A DNA stretch of 64,000 nucleotides from Novosphingobium sp. (GTDB lineage: Bacteria > Pseudomonadota > Alphaproteobacteria > Sphingomonadales > Sphingomonadaceae). Below the pieces are notes generated by a model, which was not told the origin of the DNA, did no database searches, and saw only the letters and a program-made list of their open reading frames with translations. The stretch lies in NCBI GenBank assembly GCA_046590275.1, contig JBKJTN010000064.1:16277-80276 (forward strand), in the 5' to 3' direction. The stretch's first letter is position 1. Each line of letters begins with the position of its first letter. The position numbers and the translations under genes were made by a program. Shown piece after piece: positions 40,636 through 49,978 of this stretch.

Positions 40636-42800
40636 GGCGCGGCTGCCGTGTTTGGCAGCGGCGTGATTTGCTCGCGGCCGGCTTTTCGGGGCGGGTAAAT
40701 CCGCCGCTTGGCGGGGCGCCACCAGCCATGCGCACCCTGATCCTGGACAACGGTTTCAATCTTGCGGTTGGTCAGATCGAGCGTCAGTCCGCCGGTCTGG
40801 CCCAGCAAGGCGCGGTCCGCCTTGAGGGTGGTGGGCTTGCAGGCATAGGGAAGCCGCCGGTCAGCGATCACGATATCCACCTGCCGGCAAGCCACTGCCA
40901 AGGCCCGGATATCGACCAGATCCTTGCCCCGCGCGATCAGCAAACGCCATATCCGGCCGCCTCGGATTAGCTCGAGAGCGCAGAAATCGCGGTTGCAGCG
41001 CGCGCCCGGCCACTCCTCGATCAGGCGCGTTTCGCCCTCCATTCCGGCGATTTCCTGCAGATTTTCTCTGGCAAAATCGCTCTTTCCGTCGCGCAAAACC
41101 AGCAACGAGCCGCCCTCACCCGTGATCCCGACATGGCGGCCATCGCTGGATATCAGGACATCGGGAGGCCGAAGGAAGGCGAGCATGGTCAGCCCCAGCA
41201 GCGCCGGCACCAACCCTGCCAGTCGCAATCGTCCGCGCCACAGCGCCAGCCACAGCCCCCCTGCCATGAACAACAGAAAGCTGCCCTGCCCCATCGACGG
41301 AAGCAAAGTCACCGCTCCGGGCCGGGCAGCGGTCCAATGCGCCAGGGCCAGCAGTACTTCGAGTGACTTGCCCGCGACCCACCAGGCCGGTGCGCCAAGT
41401 CCGACACTATCGAGCAGCAGGGCAACGGCAATTGCCGGCATCGAGACGAAAGTCGTCAGCGGTATGGCGATGATATTGGCCAGCGCGCCATAGACACCGG
41501 CCCGGTGGAAATGAAACAGTCCGATCGGCATGAGCGCCAGTTCGATCACCACGCCGGTCAGCAGCAACATGGTCAGATGCCTTGCGCCCTTTGCCCACCA
41601 GCTTTGCTCACGCGGGGCAAGGAATTTACGGATCGGCGCCGCACCGTGCAGCGCGACAATCGCGATGACCGCGGCAAAGCTCATCTGGAAGCTTGGCCCG
41701 ACAATCGCTTCGGGCCAGAACAGCAGCACAAAAAAGGCTGCGACTGCTACCATGCGCATGCTGAGTGCCTCACGGCCGATAGCAAGCGCAGCCAGCACCA
41801 ATACCGCGCCGATGCACGACCGGATTGTCGGTACTTCCGAGCCGGTCAGCAAGGTGTACGCTATCCCGCCAAGTGCTCCCGCCCCGGCTGCAACCAGGGG
41901 CAGACGGACGCGCAGCGCCAACCATGGCCACAAGGCAAGCAGTCGGATCGCCAGTATATAGACCGCCGCGACCAGCGCGCTGACGTGAAGTCCGCTGATC
42001 GAAAGCAGATGCGTGAGCCCGGCATCGCGCATCGCTGTATCGTCCGCTGGTTCAATCGCGCCGCGATCCCCGCTGGCAAACGCGGCTGCGATCGTTCCGG
42101 GTGATCCATCCAGCCGCGATCGGACATGCCGGGAAAGTGATCGCTGCAATGCACGCAGCCAGCCTTGCTGATCCGCGGCGCGGACCACCGTGACCTTGCC
42201 CAACACCGTTCCCGTTGCGGCAAGGCCGGTGAACCACGAAGTCCGGGCAAAATCATAGCCACCGGGCAGCATCGGCGGTGCGGGCGGCATCAGCCGGGCG
42301 CGCAGTCGAACGGATGCTCCTTCGGCAATTCCGGGCTGGTCCTGGGCAACGGGCAAGTTAAGGCGCACCCGGATCGCCCGGGCCGTCTCCGGCTCGCGGA
42401 TCACAAGCGTCAACCGGATTCGCGCCAGCGCTGGCTGTTCCTCGCGTTTCACCACAGTCCCGCTGATCAATTCGACCATCGGCCTTGTGATCGCCGGCGT
42501 GCCGACCATTGCGGATTTGGTCCAAACTAGGCCGCAGCCCGCCGCGATCATCAATGCAAGTGTCGCGGCCGCTTGGCGAGTATAGGGAAAGCGGCCATCC
42601 TCGCGCAATCCAGCCAATGCACCCACCAATGCAGCCATGCAGGTGGCGATCAGGGCGAGCCACTGCCACGGATTCGCCAGCGCGAACCATGCCGCGATCC
42701 CGCCGGCAAACCCCACCGCCAGCCACGGAGCGCGATCAAATCCAGCCGTTTCAAGCAAATGCTCGCCAGTCTTCAGTGCGCTGACGAGAGTCTTGAGCAT
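40632..42800 (-). CDS. comEC: ComEC/Rec2 family competence membrane protein
   Basis: Polytopic, with a competence domain ([12 protein letters not shown]) and a C-terminal beta-lactamase-like remnant. The start is uncertain. I chose ATG 42800 (MLKTLVS) to avoid overlapping gltX. Confidence 0.8.
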   Translation of the reverse strand: MLKTLVSALKTGEHLLETAGFDRAPWLAVGFAGGIAAWFALANPWQWLALIATCMAALVGALAGLREDGRFPYTRQAAATLALMIAAGCGLVWTKSAMVGTPAITRPMVELISGTVVKREEQPALARIRLTLVIREPETARAIRVRLNLPVAQDQPGIAEGASVRLRARLMPPAPPMLPGGYDFARTSWFTGLAATGTVLGKVTVVRAADQQGWLRALQRSLSRHVRSRLDGSPGTIAAAFASGDRGAIEPADDTAMRDAGLTHLLSISGLHVSALVAAVYILAIRLLALWPWLALRVRLPLVAAGAGALGGIAYTLLTGSEVPTIRSCIGAVLVLAALAIGREALSMRMVAVAAFFVLLFWPEAIVGPSFQMSFAAVIAIVALHGAAPIRKFLAPREQSWWAKGARHLTMLLLTGVVIELALMPIGLFHFHRAGVYGALANIIAIPLTTFVSMPAIAVALLLDSVGLGAPAWWVAGKSLEVLLALAHWTAARPGAVTLLPSMGQGSFLLFMAGGLWLALWRGRLRLAGLVPALLGLTMLAFLRPPDVLISSDGRHVGITGEGGSLLVLRDGKSDFARENLQEIAGMEGETRLIEEWPGARCNRDFCALELIRGGRIWRLLIARGKDLVDIRALAVACRQVDIVIADRRLPYACKPTTLKADRALLGQTGGLTLDLTNRKIETVVQDQGAHGWWRPAKRRIYPPRKAGREQITPLPNTAAAP

Positions 42801-42957
42801 GCTGGCGAGCCTGCTGGACAAGTTCACGCGCTTGCGCCAATGGCTTTGTTGCAGTGCAGCGCCGTCCGGGGCAGCATTGCCCATCGGCACGAAAACCCCA
42901 TCAGCGCGGGAAGCTTGGGGCTCGCTTGCCATGGCCCCAAGAGACAGGAAGGAAGCG

Positions 42958-44403
42958 ATGATGGCAAGTGCGACTAGCGAGGCCCCTACAGCGGGCGCCC
43001 GCGTTGTCACGCGCTTTGCGCCTTCACCCACCGGCTACCTGCATATCGGCGGCGCCCGGACCGCTTTGTTCAACTGGCTCTACGCCCGTCACCACGGCGG
43101 CACATATTTGCTGCGGATCGAAGATACTGATCGCGCCCGCTCGACGCAGCCAGCTATCGCGGCGATCTTCGATGGGCTTGATTGGCTCGGTCTTGGCGGC
43201 GATCAGCCAGCGACATTCCAGTTTGAGCGATCTGCCCGTCATACCGAGGTGGCGCATACGCTGCTTGAGGCCGGCCATGCCTATCGCTGCTATTTGTCGT
43301 CGGAAGAGCTGGCGAGCCGCCGAGCCGCAGCCCAGGCCGAGCGCCGCCCGTTTCGCATCGCCAGTGAATGGCGCGATGCCGCGCCGTCCAGCTGGCCGAG
43401 CGATGCGCCCTATGTGGTTCGGATCAAGGCGCCGCGCGAAGGCGAGACAGTGATCGACGATCTGGTCCAGGGCCGCGTCACGGTGAATAACGCCGAGATC
43501 GACGATTTTGTGCTGCTCCGCTCGGACGGGACCCCTACCTATATGCTGGCAGTGGTGGTTGACGATCACGATATGGGCGTAACCCACGTGATCCGCGGCG
43601 ACGATCACCTCAACAACGCCTTCCGGCAGCTTGTGGTGATCAGCGGCATGGGCTGGGAGGAGCCGTTTTATGCCCACGTGCCGCTAATCAACGGTGCCGA
43701 CGGCGCAAAACTGTCAAAGCGCCACGGAGCCACCGGCGTTGACGCCTATCGCGACGATTTGGGGATCCTGCCCGAAGCGCTGTTCAACTATCTTCTTCGC
43801 CTTGGCTGGGGTCACGGCGATGATGAGATTATCAGCCGCGAACAGGCGATCGAATGGTTCGATATCAAGGATGTCGGCAAATCGCCGTCGCGGTTCGATC
43901 TGGCCAAGCTGCAAAACCTCAACGGCCATTACATCCGTGAAGCAGACGATGCCCGCCTCGCCGCGCTGGTGGCGCCGCATGTTACCGGCACTGTCGATCT
44001 GCCGCTGCTTGAAGAGGCGATGCCTGTATTGAAGGTTCGGGCAAAGGATTTGCAGGAATTGGCGAACAATGCAGCCTTCCTGTTCGCACAGCGGCCGCTG
44101 ACGATCGAACCAAAGGCTGAGGCGCTGCTGACCGACGAAGCGCGCGCGCTGCTGGTGCAGATGCAGCAGCGGATTGCCGCGGAAAATAACTGGACAACCG
44201 AGGGGCTGGAAGCCAGTCTCAAGGCGATGGCGGAGGAGCTTGGTTTGGGGCTCGGCAAGCTTGCGCAACCCCTTAGGGCCGCGCTAACGGGTCAAACAAC
44301 TTCCCCGGGTATATTCGATGTATTGGTTCTGCTCGGGCGGGACGAGAGTTTGGCACGGCTTGCTGACCAGGCTGACCCCGCAGCCGTCGTGCAACAGGTT
44401 TGA
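42958..44403 (+). CDS. gltX: Glutamate--tRNA ligase
   Basis: [17 protein letters not shown] (HIGH motif) and KLSKRH (KMSKS motif). The start is at the ATG pair 42958/42961, not the long ORF-track extension. Confidence 0.92.
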   Translation: MMASATSEAPTAGARVVTRFAPSPTGYLHIGGARTALFNWLYARHHGGTYLLRIEDTDRARSTQPAIAAIFDGLDWLGLGGDQPATFQFERSARHTEVAHTLLEAGHAYRCYLSSEELASRRAAAQAERRPFRIASEWRDAAPSSWPSDAPYVVRIKAPREGETVIDDLVQGRVTVNNAEIDDFVLLRSDGTPTYMLAVVVDDHDMGVTHVIRGDDHLNNAFRQLVVISGMGWEEPFYAHVPLINGADGAKLSKRHGATGVDAYRDDLGILPEALFNYLLRLGWGHGDDEIISREQAIEWFDIKDVGKSPSRFDLAKLQNLNGHYIREADDARLAALVAPHVTGTVDLPLLEEAMPVLKVRAKDLQELANNAAFLFAQRPLTIEPKAEALLTDEARALLVQMQQRIAAENNWTTEGLEASLKAMAEELGLGLGKLAQPLRAALTGQTTSPGIFDVLVLLGRDESLARLADQADPAAVVQQV

Positions 44404-44416
44404 GGAGTAGGTTAAG

Positions 44417-45700
44417 GTGACTGAGTCAGTTAAGTTGGGCGCTGATGGTTCGAACCACGAATTCCCGGTGCTGTCGGGCAGTGTCGGGCCGGATGTAATC
44501 GATATCCGCAAACTCTATGCTCAGACCGGCATGTTCACCTATGATCCGGGTTTTACCTCGACGGCCTCGTGCGAAAGCGCGCTGACCTATATCGACGGTG
44601 ACGAGGGCGTTTTGCTGCACCGCGGCTATCCGATCGGGCAGCTGGCCGAAAGTTCCAGCTTCATGGAAGTCAGCTATCTGCTGCTCAATGGAGAGCTGCC
44701 GTCCGGGCCTGAACTCAAGACCTTTTCGACCACGATCAGCCGCCACACGATGCTGCACGAACAGCTGATGCAATTCTATCGCGGTTTCCGCCGCGATGCG
44801 CATCCGATGGCCATCATGTGCGGCGTGGCTGGCGCGCTTTCGGCGTTCTACCATGATTCGACCGATATTTCGGATCCGACCCACCGCAAGATCAGCTCGC
44901 ACCGGTTGATCGCCAAGATGCCGACGATTGCAGCAGCGGCCTATAAATACTCGGTTGGCCAGCCCTTCGTCTATCCCGACAACAGCCTGTCATACACGGG
45001 AAATTTCCTGCGGATGACCTTTGGCGTGCCGGCCGAGCCCTATGAGGTGAACCCGGTGGTCGAAAAGGCGCTGGACCGGATTTTCATCCTGCACGCCGAT
45101 CACGAACAGAACGCATCCACCTCAACCGTGCGGCTCGCCGGTTCCTCGGGTGCCAATCCGTTCGCCTGCATCGCGGCCGGAATTGCCTGTTTGTGGGGTC
45201 CCGCGCACGGCGGCGCCAATGAGGCGGCGCTCAATATGCTGCATGAGATCGGTACTCCCGATCGCATCCCACATTATATCGAGCGCGCCAAAGACAAAAA
45301 CGATCCATTCCGCCTGATGGGCTTCGGCCACCGCGTCTACAAGAACTACGATCCGCGCGCGACCGTGATGCAGCAGACCGTGCGCGAGGTGTTCGATGCG
45401 CTCAAGGTCACCAACCCAGTCTTCGAAGTTGCCCTGCGGCTTGAGGAACTGGCGCTCAACGACCCCTATTTCGTCGAGAAAAAGCTGTTCCCCAATGTGG
45501 ACTTCTACTCGGGCGTCATTCTCTCGGCGATCGGTTTCCCGACTACCATGTTCACCGCGCTGTTCGCGCTGGCCCGGACCGTCGGCTGGGTCGCGCAGTG
45601 GAACGAAATGATTTCCGATCCCGGTCAGAAGATTGGCCGGCCGCGCCAGCTTTACACCGGGCCGATCGAGCGCGATTACGTTCCGGTCAGCAAGCGCTGA
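44417..45700 (+). CDS. gltA: Citrate synthase (type II)
   Basis: 427 aa containing GPAHGGANE and [12 protein letters not shown] start with GGAG 9 nt upstream. Confidence 0.95.
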   Translation: MTESVKLGADGSNHEFPVLSGSVGPDVIDIRKLYAQTGMFTYDPGFTSTASCESALTYIDGDEGVLLHRGYPIGQLAESSSFMEVSYLLLNGELPSGPELKTFSTTISRHTMLHEQLMQFYRGFRRDAHPMAIMCGVAGALSAFYHDSTDISDPTHRKISSHRLIAKMPTIAAAAYKYSVGQPFVYPDNSLSYTGNFLRMTFGVPAEPYEVNPVVEKALDRIFILHADHEQNASTSTVRLAGSSGANPFACIAAGIACLWGPAHGGANEAALNMLHEIGTPDRIPHYIERAKDKNDPFRLMGFGHRVYKNYDPRATVMQQTVREVFDALKVTNPVFEVALRLEELALNDPYFVEKKLFPNVDFYSGVILSAIGFPTTMFTALFALARTVGWVAQWNEMISDPGQKIGRPRQLYTGPIERDYVPVSKR

Positions 45701-45718
45701 CCCACGAGAGGGCCAAGA

Positions 45719-45922
45719 ATGCCATTTCTTCGGACTATCATAAGCATTTTTGGCGCGTTTTTGCTGGTGGCGGGCTCGTTCTTCACGCTCCAGGGTCTGG
45801 GCATCATCATGTGGCCGCCAGAGAGCTTTATGCTGGTAGAACAGAAATGGGTGCTTTACGGGACCTTGATTGCGGCCTCAGGTGCATTGTTGATCGTGCT
45901 AGCGCGCCGGATCGGGCGCTGA
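45719..45922 (+). CDS. Possible small two-TM membrane protein
   Basis: 67 aa with two hydrophobic helices and an ATG start 19 nt after gltA. It overlaps the 3' end of the convergent kinase gene by 24 nt. Weakly supported. Confidence 0.4.
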   Translation: MPFLRTIISIFGAFLLVAGSFFTLQGLGIIMWPPESFMLVEQKWVLYGTLIAASGALLIVLARRIGR

Positions 45923-47311
45923 CGCCAGCAAGTCGGCCGGTACTTCCAATGTGAAACGCGCGCCCTGACCTGGCGCGCTTTCCACCGTCAGATCGCCGCC
46001 CATCGCGCGCGCCAGACGCCGCGAGATATAGAGGCCAAGCCCTGATCCGCCTTCGTCGCTGCGGCCAAGCCGTTCGAACTTTTCAAAGACGCGCGCCTGC
46101 TGATCTGCACTGAGCCCCGGCCCTTGATCGGCTACGATCACCCGGGATCTGGACCCTTCGCTCTCCAGCCTGATCCAGACCTGCGAGTTGGCAGGTGAAT
46201 AGCGGATCGCGTTGCCCACCAGATTGAGCAATACCTGCAATACGCGGCGGAATTCAGCGATAGCAGGCAAGTTCTCGCCAATTTTCGGTGCATCGATGGA
46301 AATGCCCTGCTCGGCCGCGCGCACTCCAAGAATACCGGCAGCGCGGCGGGCCACATCGGCCAGATCGATCCGGTCTGGTGCGGTCGAAAAATCCTCGGCG
46401 TCGACCACTTCGAGATCGGCGATATCCTCAACCAGTGCGAGCAGATGTTGTCCTGCCGCCGCGATGTCGGCAGCATAGCGGCTGTATTCCTCGGCGAGCG
46501 GCCCGGCGAGACGGGTCCGGATGGTTTCAGCATTGGCGATAATCCGGGCGATCGGCTGGCGCAGAACCGGCGCCATTTCCCGCCCGACCAGCCCCGGCGC
46601 ATTGCTTGGCTGGTGCATCGCCAAGCCGTTTACAATTGGCGGACCGGCAAACGCCACAGGCACATCGGCGCATAGCAGCAGTTCGAACCCGTTTGGCTCG
46701 CTCCCGGGCACTTCCTGCGGCAACAAGGTTGCCCGCCAGCTGCGCTCAGACCCTGCCACGCGAACGACAGCACCATCGAGCAAACGCCAATGCAGCGGCT
46801 GGCGGTGATGATCACCTTCGATAAGGACGAAGTCGGTCCATGGTTGTCCGATCCCACCTTGCATCGCTGCGGTTAATTCTGCCAGATCGGCAGCGTCGCT
46901 TTCGGCGGCAAGCACGCGCTGCCCGGCATCGAGCCGCGCGGAAAATTCCGCGACGGTGCGATCGATCGCTGAGCGGCGGCGAGCGCTTTCTGCGAGATCT
47001 TCAGGCGGTAGCGGCGCAGCCTGCCAATTGCGCAGGATAATAGTGCAGCCTTGTTCCGGGGCCGCCAAAGGCTCTACCTCTACCCAAGCTGTAATCACGT
47101 CCTGCCCGTCGCTGGCACTGATCGGGCGGGCGAGTTTGAGTCCATAACTACGCGCCTTGCGCACGGTTTCGAGCAACGCCGGGATGGCAATTGTGCCGGG
47201 CAACTCGCCGCCGCAGCGCAATTGCAAGCCGGCAAGCGGTTCGTCAGCGGCAATCAAGCGGTCAGCACCATCGCTGGTGGCCCGGGCCAGGACTGCGGCG
47301 CTCTCGCTCAT
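45899..47311 (-). CDS. Histidine-kinase-like protein with intact HATPase_c but a degenerate H-box
   Basis: The N-box LLNLVGNAIRYS, G1 VADQGPGL and G2 GGSGLGLYISRRLA are present. The segment aligning to the H-box reads APVLRQPIARII where SHELRTPL is expected, so no His is present. Confidence 0.78.
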   Translation of the reverse strand: MSESAAVLARATSDGADRLIAADEPLAGLQLRCGGELPGTIAIPALLETVRKARSYGLKLARPISASDGQDVITAWVEVEPLAAPEQGCTIILRNWQAAPLPPEDLAESARRRSAIDRTVAEFSARLDAGQRVLAAESDAADLAELTAAMQGGIGQPWTDFVLIEGDHHRQPLHWRLLDGAVVRVAGSERSWRATLLPQEVPGSEPNGFELLLCADVPVAFAGPPIVNGLAMHQPSNAPGLVGREMAPVLRQPIARIIANAETIRTRLAGPLAEEYSRYAADIAAAGQHLLALVEDIADLEVVDAEDFSTAPDRIDLADVARRAAGILGVRAAEQGISIDAPKIGENLPAIAEFRRVLQVLLNLVGNAIRYSPANSQVWIRLESEGSRSRVIVADQGPGLSADQQARVFEKFERLGRSDEGGSGLGLYISRRLARAMGGDLTVESAPGQGARFTLEVPADLLASAPDPAR

Positions 47312-47314
47312 CAG

Positions 47315-48283
47315 TCAGTTCCCCGGAAAGGCAGAGGAACGGCTCATCAACGCCGCTGCGTGGTCTGCGCTAAGCTGTTCAATTCCAGCGGGAAGTGACG
47401 CATCGGGATGGATCGCGGCAAATTGCTCTTCGACCGAGGTCGGTTTCAGCCCGGACGCGCGCAGCGCCAGGGCAAACCGCGTCCTCTGCCCATCGTTGGT
47501 CGCCAGCACAGCCATATCGCGATCCTGGCCTGACGCCAGGGCAAGAGCGGTGAGGAAAGTCCCGACTCCGGCATGCGTGACCGAAAGCGCGGCAGTCGCG
47601 CCGCCGCCCAGCCCGGTCACCATCCGCGAAATCAGACCAAGGCGACTGCGGCCTTCATCGAACCTGGCGCGGATCACGGTCTCGGCCGACGCAGCCTGGC
47701 TTTGGGCAAGCTCATCCTCGCTGGCGAAATGGCGCATGGCCACGAGTGCTGCGTGAAGCAGGTCGCCGGGCAGCTCGTTAAGCGGAAGCTGCATCCGCCG
47801 CTGCGATTGGGCAAAGCGCGCCTGCGCCGCCAGCAATTTCATGGCAAGTCCAGCCATGCCAGGCTCAGTCGAGGCGATCAACGCCTGCACGAGCGGCGAA
47901 AGCACCGGATCAAGCGCCAGACGGGCCTGCAGTCGCTCGGTCAGTTGCCATTCAAGGGCCAGGGCATGGGTGTGGTTCAGGAATGCGTTATTCGCCACAA
48001 ATCCGCTGATCAGAGCATCGATTGCCGCGGCCAAGTGCTCGCGTACCTCGGGTTCTTCTGATGCAGCGGCGAGTTCATCAAGCAGTTGGACAGCGACACT
48101 TCTGATCATCCCGCGAACGCAGGCAACGATCTCGTCGCTGAATACCGAATTGTCGTCATTGGCCAGAAGTTGGCGCAGGATTGGTGCTATTGTGCTGACC
48201 ACAGCATCGCAACGCGACAACTCGCCACGCAGTATTTCTTCAACCGGAACATCGGCAATCACGTGGGCAGCATTCTGCATCAT
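47315..48283 (-). CDS. Hypothetical helical protein, function unknown
   Basis: 322 aa, lying 3 nt upstream of the kinase-like gene in the same orientation. It is Ala/Leu-rich and no family was recognised. Confidence 0.6.
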   Translation of the reverse strand: MMQNAAHVIADVPVEEILRGELSRCDAVVSTIAPILRQLLANDDNSVFSDEIVACVRGMIRSVAVQLLDELAAASEEPEVREHLAAAIDALISGFVANNAFLNHTHALALEWQLTERLQARLALDPVLSPLVQALIASTEPGMAGLAMKLLAAQARFAQSQRRMQLPLNELPGDLLHAALVAMRHFASEDELAQSQAASAETVIRARFDEGRSRLGLISRMVTGLGGGATAALSVTHAGVGTFLTALALASGQDRDMAVLATNDGQRTRFALALRASGLKPTSVEEQFAAIHPDASLPAGIEQLSADHAAALMSRSSAFPGN

Positions 48284-48306
48284 TGCCGAGCCATAGCGCG
48301 TTTTGG

Positions 48307-49503
48307 TTAAGGTCGTGTTATCCTCAATTCCTCGCGGGGGATCAAAATGCTCGCGATTGCAAGGCCCAGCGCAGCAATGTGGATCGCCTCACTACCGACC
48401 CCGGCTATCGTCACGCCGGCCAATGCCAGACACAGCAAGGCGCGATCCTTGAGCCACGAGGTCCGTCGGCCGCCGATTGCCTTGGGGATAATCCGCAACA
48501 ATGCAATCAGCATCAATGGCGGGAACATGCGGTCCGGGTCAGGCAGGCCCGCGTTCACGACCGATCCCCAACCCGCCAGAATGACAATCACCCCATCAAG
48601 CAACCAGTCAAACAGCGATTGGCGGGTCATTCCGCCGGAGCGTTTGTCGAGCGCATCGCTCTCGATCCGGGCAAGCAGCGCCGCCGCCTCGCTCACTATC
48701 CAGCCAAGCCCGCACAAGCCAAGTCCGAACGGGACCAGGCCGAACCAGCCCGCACCCAGCCCCATTAGCCCAAGCACCAGCGCGGCCACACCAACAATCC
48801 CCGCTCCGCTTCCGGCGTGAAGCAAGCTCGGCCCAAAAGCACGCACCCCTAGCAGCGCCAACCCGTGTCCCGGGCTTGGCACGCCTTCATCGTGGGTGCG
48901 CTGACGAATCCACTGTGGTTCCAGCGCGTGCGCCTCGTCCTCACTGCGAACCAGAGTCCAGAACGCGCCCTCGCTGTTTGTCGCGGCAACATTGCGCTGG
49001 TTGACTCCTGCCTGCAACGCAATCCGTTGAAGCGCCGAGGTGGCATCGCAATCGTTGGGAAGTTCGGACAGCCGCTCGACCAGGCGGCCCGGAATTCGCA
49101 TTGCTGCGGCGCTGGCATGGTTAAGGTCGATCCGCTCAAATCCGCTCGCAAGCCCCTGCTCGATCGGTTGGACCAGAACTGCCTGACCCTTCTCCAGAGC
49201 GGCGGTTGCTTCGCTGACTGACGCAAACAAGCCATCGCCGAGCACGAACACCTCATCAGCAACCGTAACCAGTCCGATCAGCGCCCGGGGCCCGGAAATG
49301 ACGTGAAACTGGACGCCCGCTTTCTCCGCAACATGCTGCAATTTAATGAGGTCCGGCAGCATCTCGCGCGCGATGCAGACGATCTTTTCGCAGCGCAAAG
49401 CCAGCGCCAGCCCTAGTTGCTGGCGAGCAAGCGACATTCCGCCGATGCGAAGAAATGCACGCGGAGTGTGGCTGCCATTGGCAGCTGGTTCGGTCATGGT
49501 CAA
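48307..49503 (-). CDS. Hypothetical protein: soluble N-terminal domain plus polytopic C-terminal domain
   Basis: 398 aa. The N-terminal approx 200 aa have a weak nucleotidyltransferase-like start (FLRIGGMSLARQQL). The C-terminal approx 190 aa hold several TM helices and a DALDKRSGG...FDWLLDG stretch. Confidence 0.6.
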   Translation of the reverse strand: MTMTEPAANGSHTPRAFLRIGGMSLARQQLGLALALRCEKIVCIAREMLPDLIKLQHVAEKAGVQFHVISGPRALIGLVTVADEVFVLGDGLFASVSEATAALEKGQAVLVQPIEQGLASGFERIDLNHASAAAMRIPGRLVERLSELPNDCDATSALQRIALQAGVNQRNVAATNSEGAFWTLVRSEDEAHALEPQWIRQRTHDEGVPSPGHGLALLGVRAFGPSLLHAGSGAGIVGVAALVLGLMGLGAGWFGLVPFGLGLCGLGWIVSEAAALLARIESDALDKRSGGMTRQSLFDWLLDGVIVILAGWGSVVNAGLPDPDRMFPPLMLIALLRIIPKAIGGRRTSWLKDRALLCLALAGVTIAGVGSEAIHIAALGLAIASILIPREELRITRP

Positions 49504-49606
49504 AAGTGCGACCCGCAGCGTTTATCTCCGCGCATTTTCGGGATTGGAAGTTTGTTCTAGAGCACTGGCGGGGCGGTGCCAAGAGCCGGTTCAGTCAGGT
49601 GCTTGA

Positions 49607-49909
49607 TCAGGCAGCCTTGAATTCATCCAGAAAGGCTTGCAAGCGGCGAATTACGGTCGGTTCACCCGGAGCGGCGCAAAGTGCCTCGTCGGCCAGAACC
49701 ACGAGATTATCGGCATGAAAACTCGCGGCCAGGCCCTTCAGACGCATTGCCGACATCTGCCAGTTACCGTCGCAGCGCGAGCGGCGCAGCAGGTCGATCT
49801 GGCGTGACAGGCTCTCGATGAAGGCAACCCGCAGCTCTGCAAAAAGTGCCGCATCTTCGCCCGCCGCGGCGGCCAGGGTCGCGTCCAGATCTCCTGCTTC
49901 ATATGCCAT
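49607..49909 (-). CDS. Small Hpt-domain-like protein lacking the phosphorylatable His
   Basis: 100 aa. SAMRLKGLAASFHADNLVVLADEA aligns to the Hpt core aHxLKGsaxxxGaxxL, with Met at the His position. Confidence 0.5.
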   Translation of the reverse strand: MAYEAGDLDATLAAAAGEDAALFAELRVAFIESLSRQIDLLRRSRCDGNWQMSAMRLKGLAASFHADNLVVLADEALCAAPGEPTVIRRLQAFLDEFKAA

Positions 49910-49978
49910 GCCGCCCGTCCTAAGCCGATTTGGTTAAGACGGGGTTTATCTGCGGGCAATCCGTGGTATCTAGACGTC

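Noticed and set aside
42801-43031. A long N-terminal extension of comEC (to 43031), and of gltX (back to 42637), which would make the two genes overlap divergently by about 400 nt.
   Set aside because: Conserved protein sequence begins at MLKTLVS (42800) for ComEC and at [10 protein letters not shown]...[14 protein letters not shown] (42958) for GltX. The extensions have no family-like sequence.
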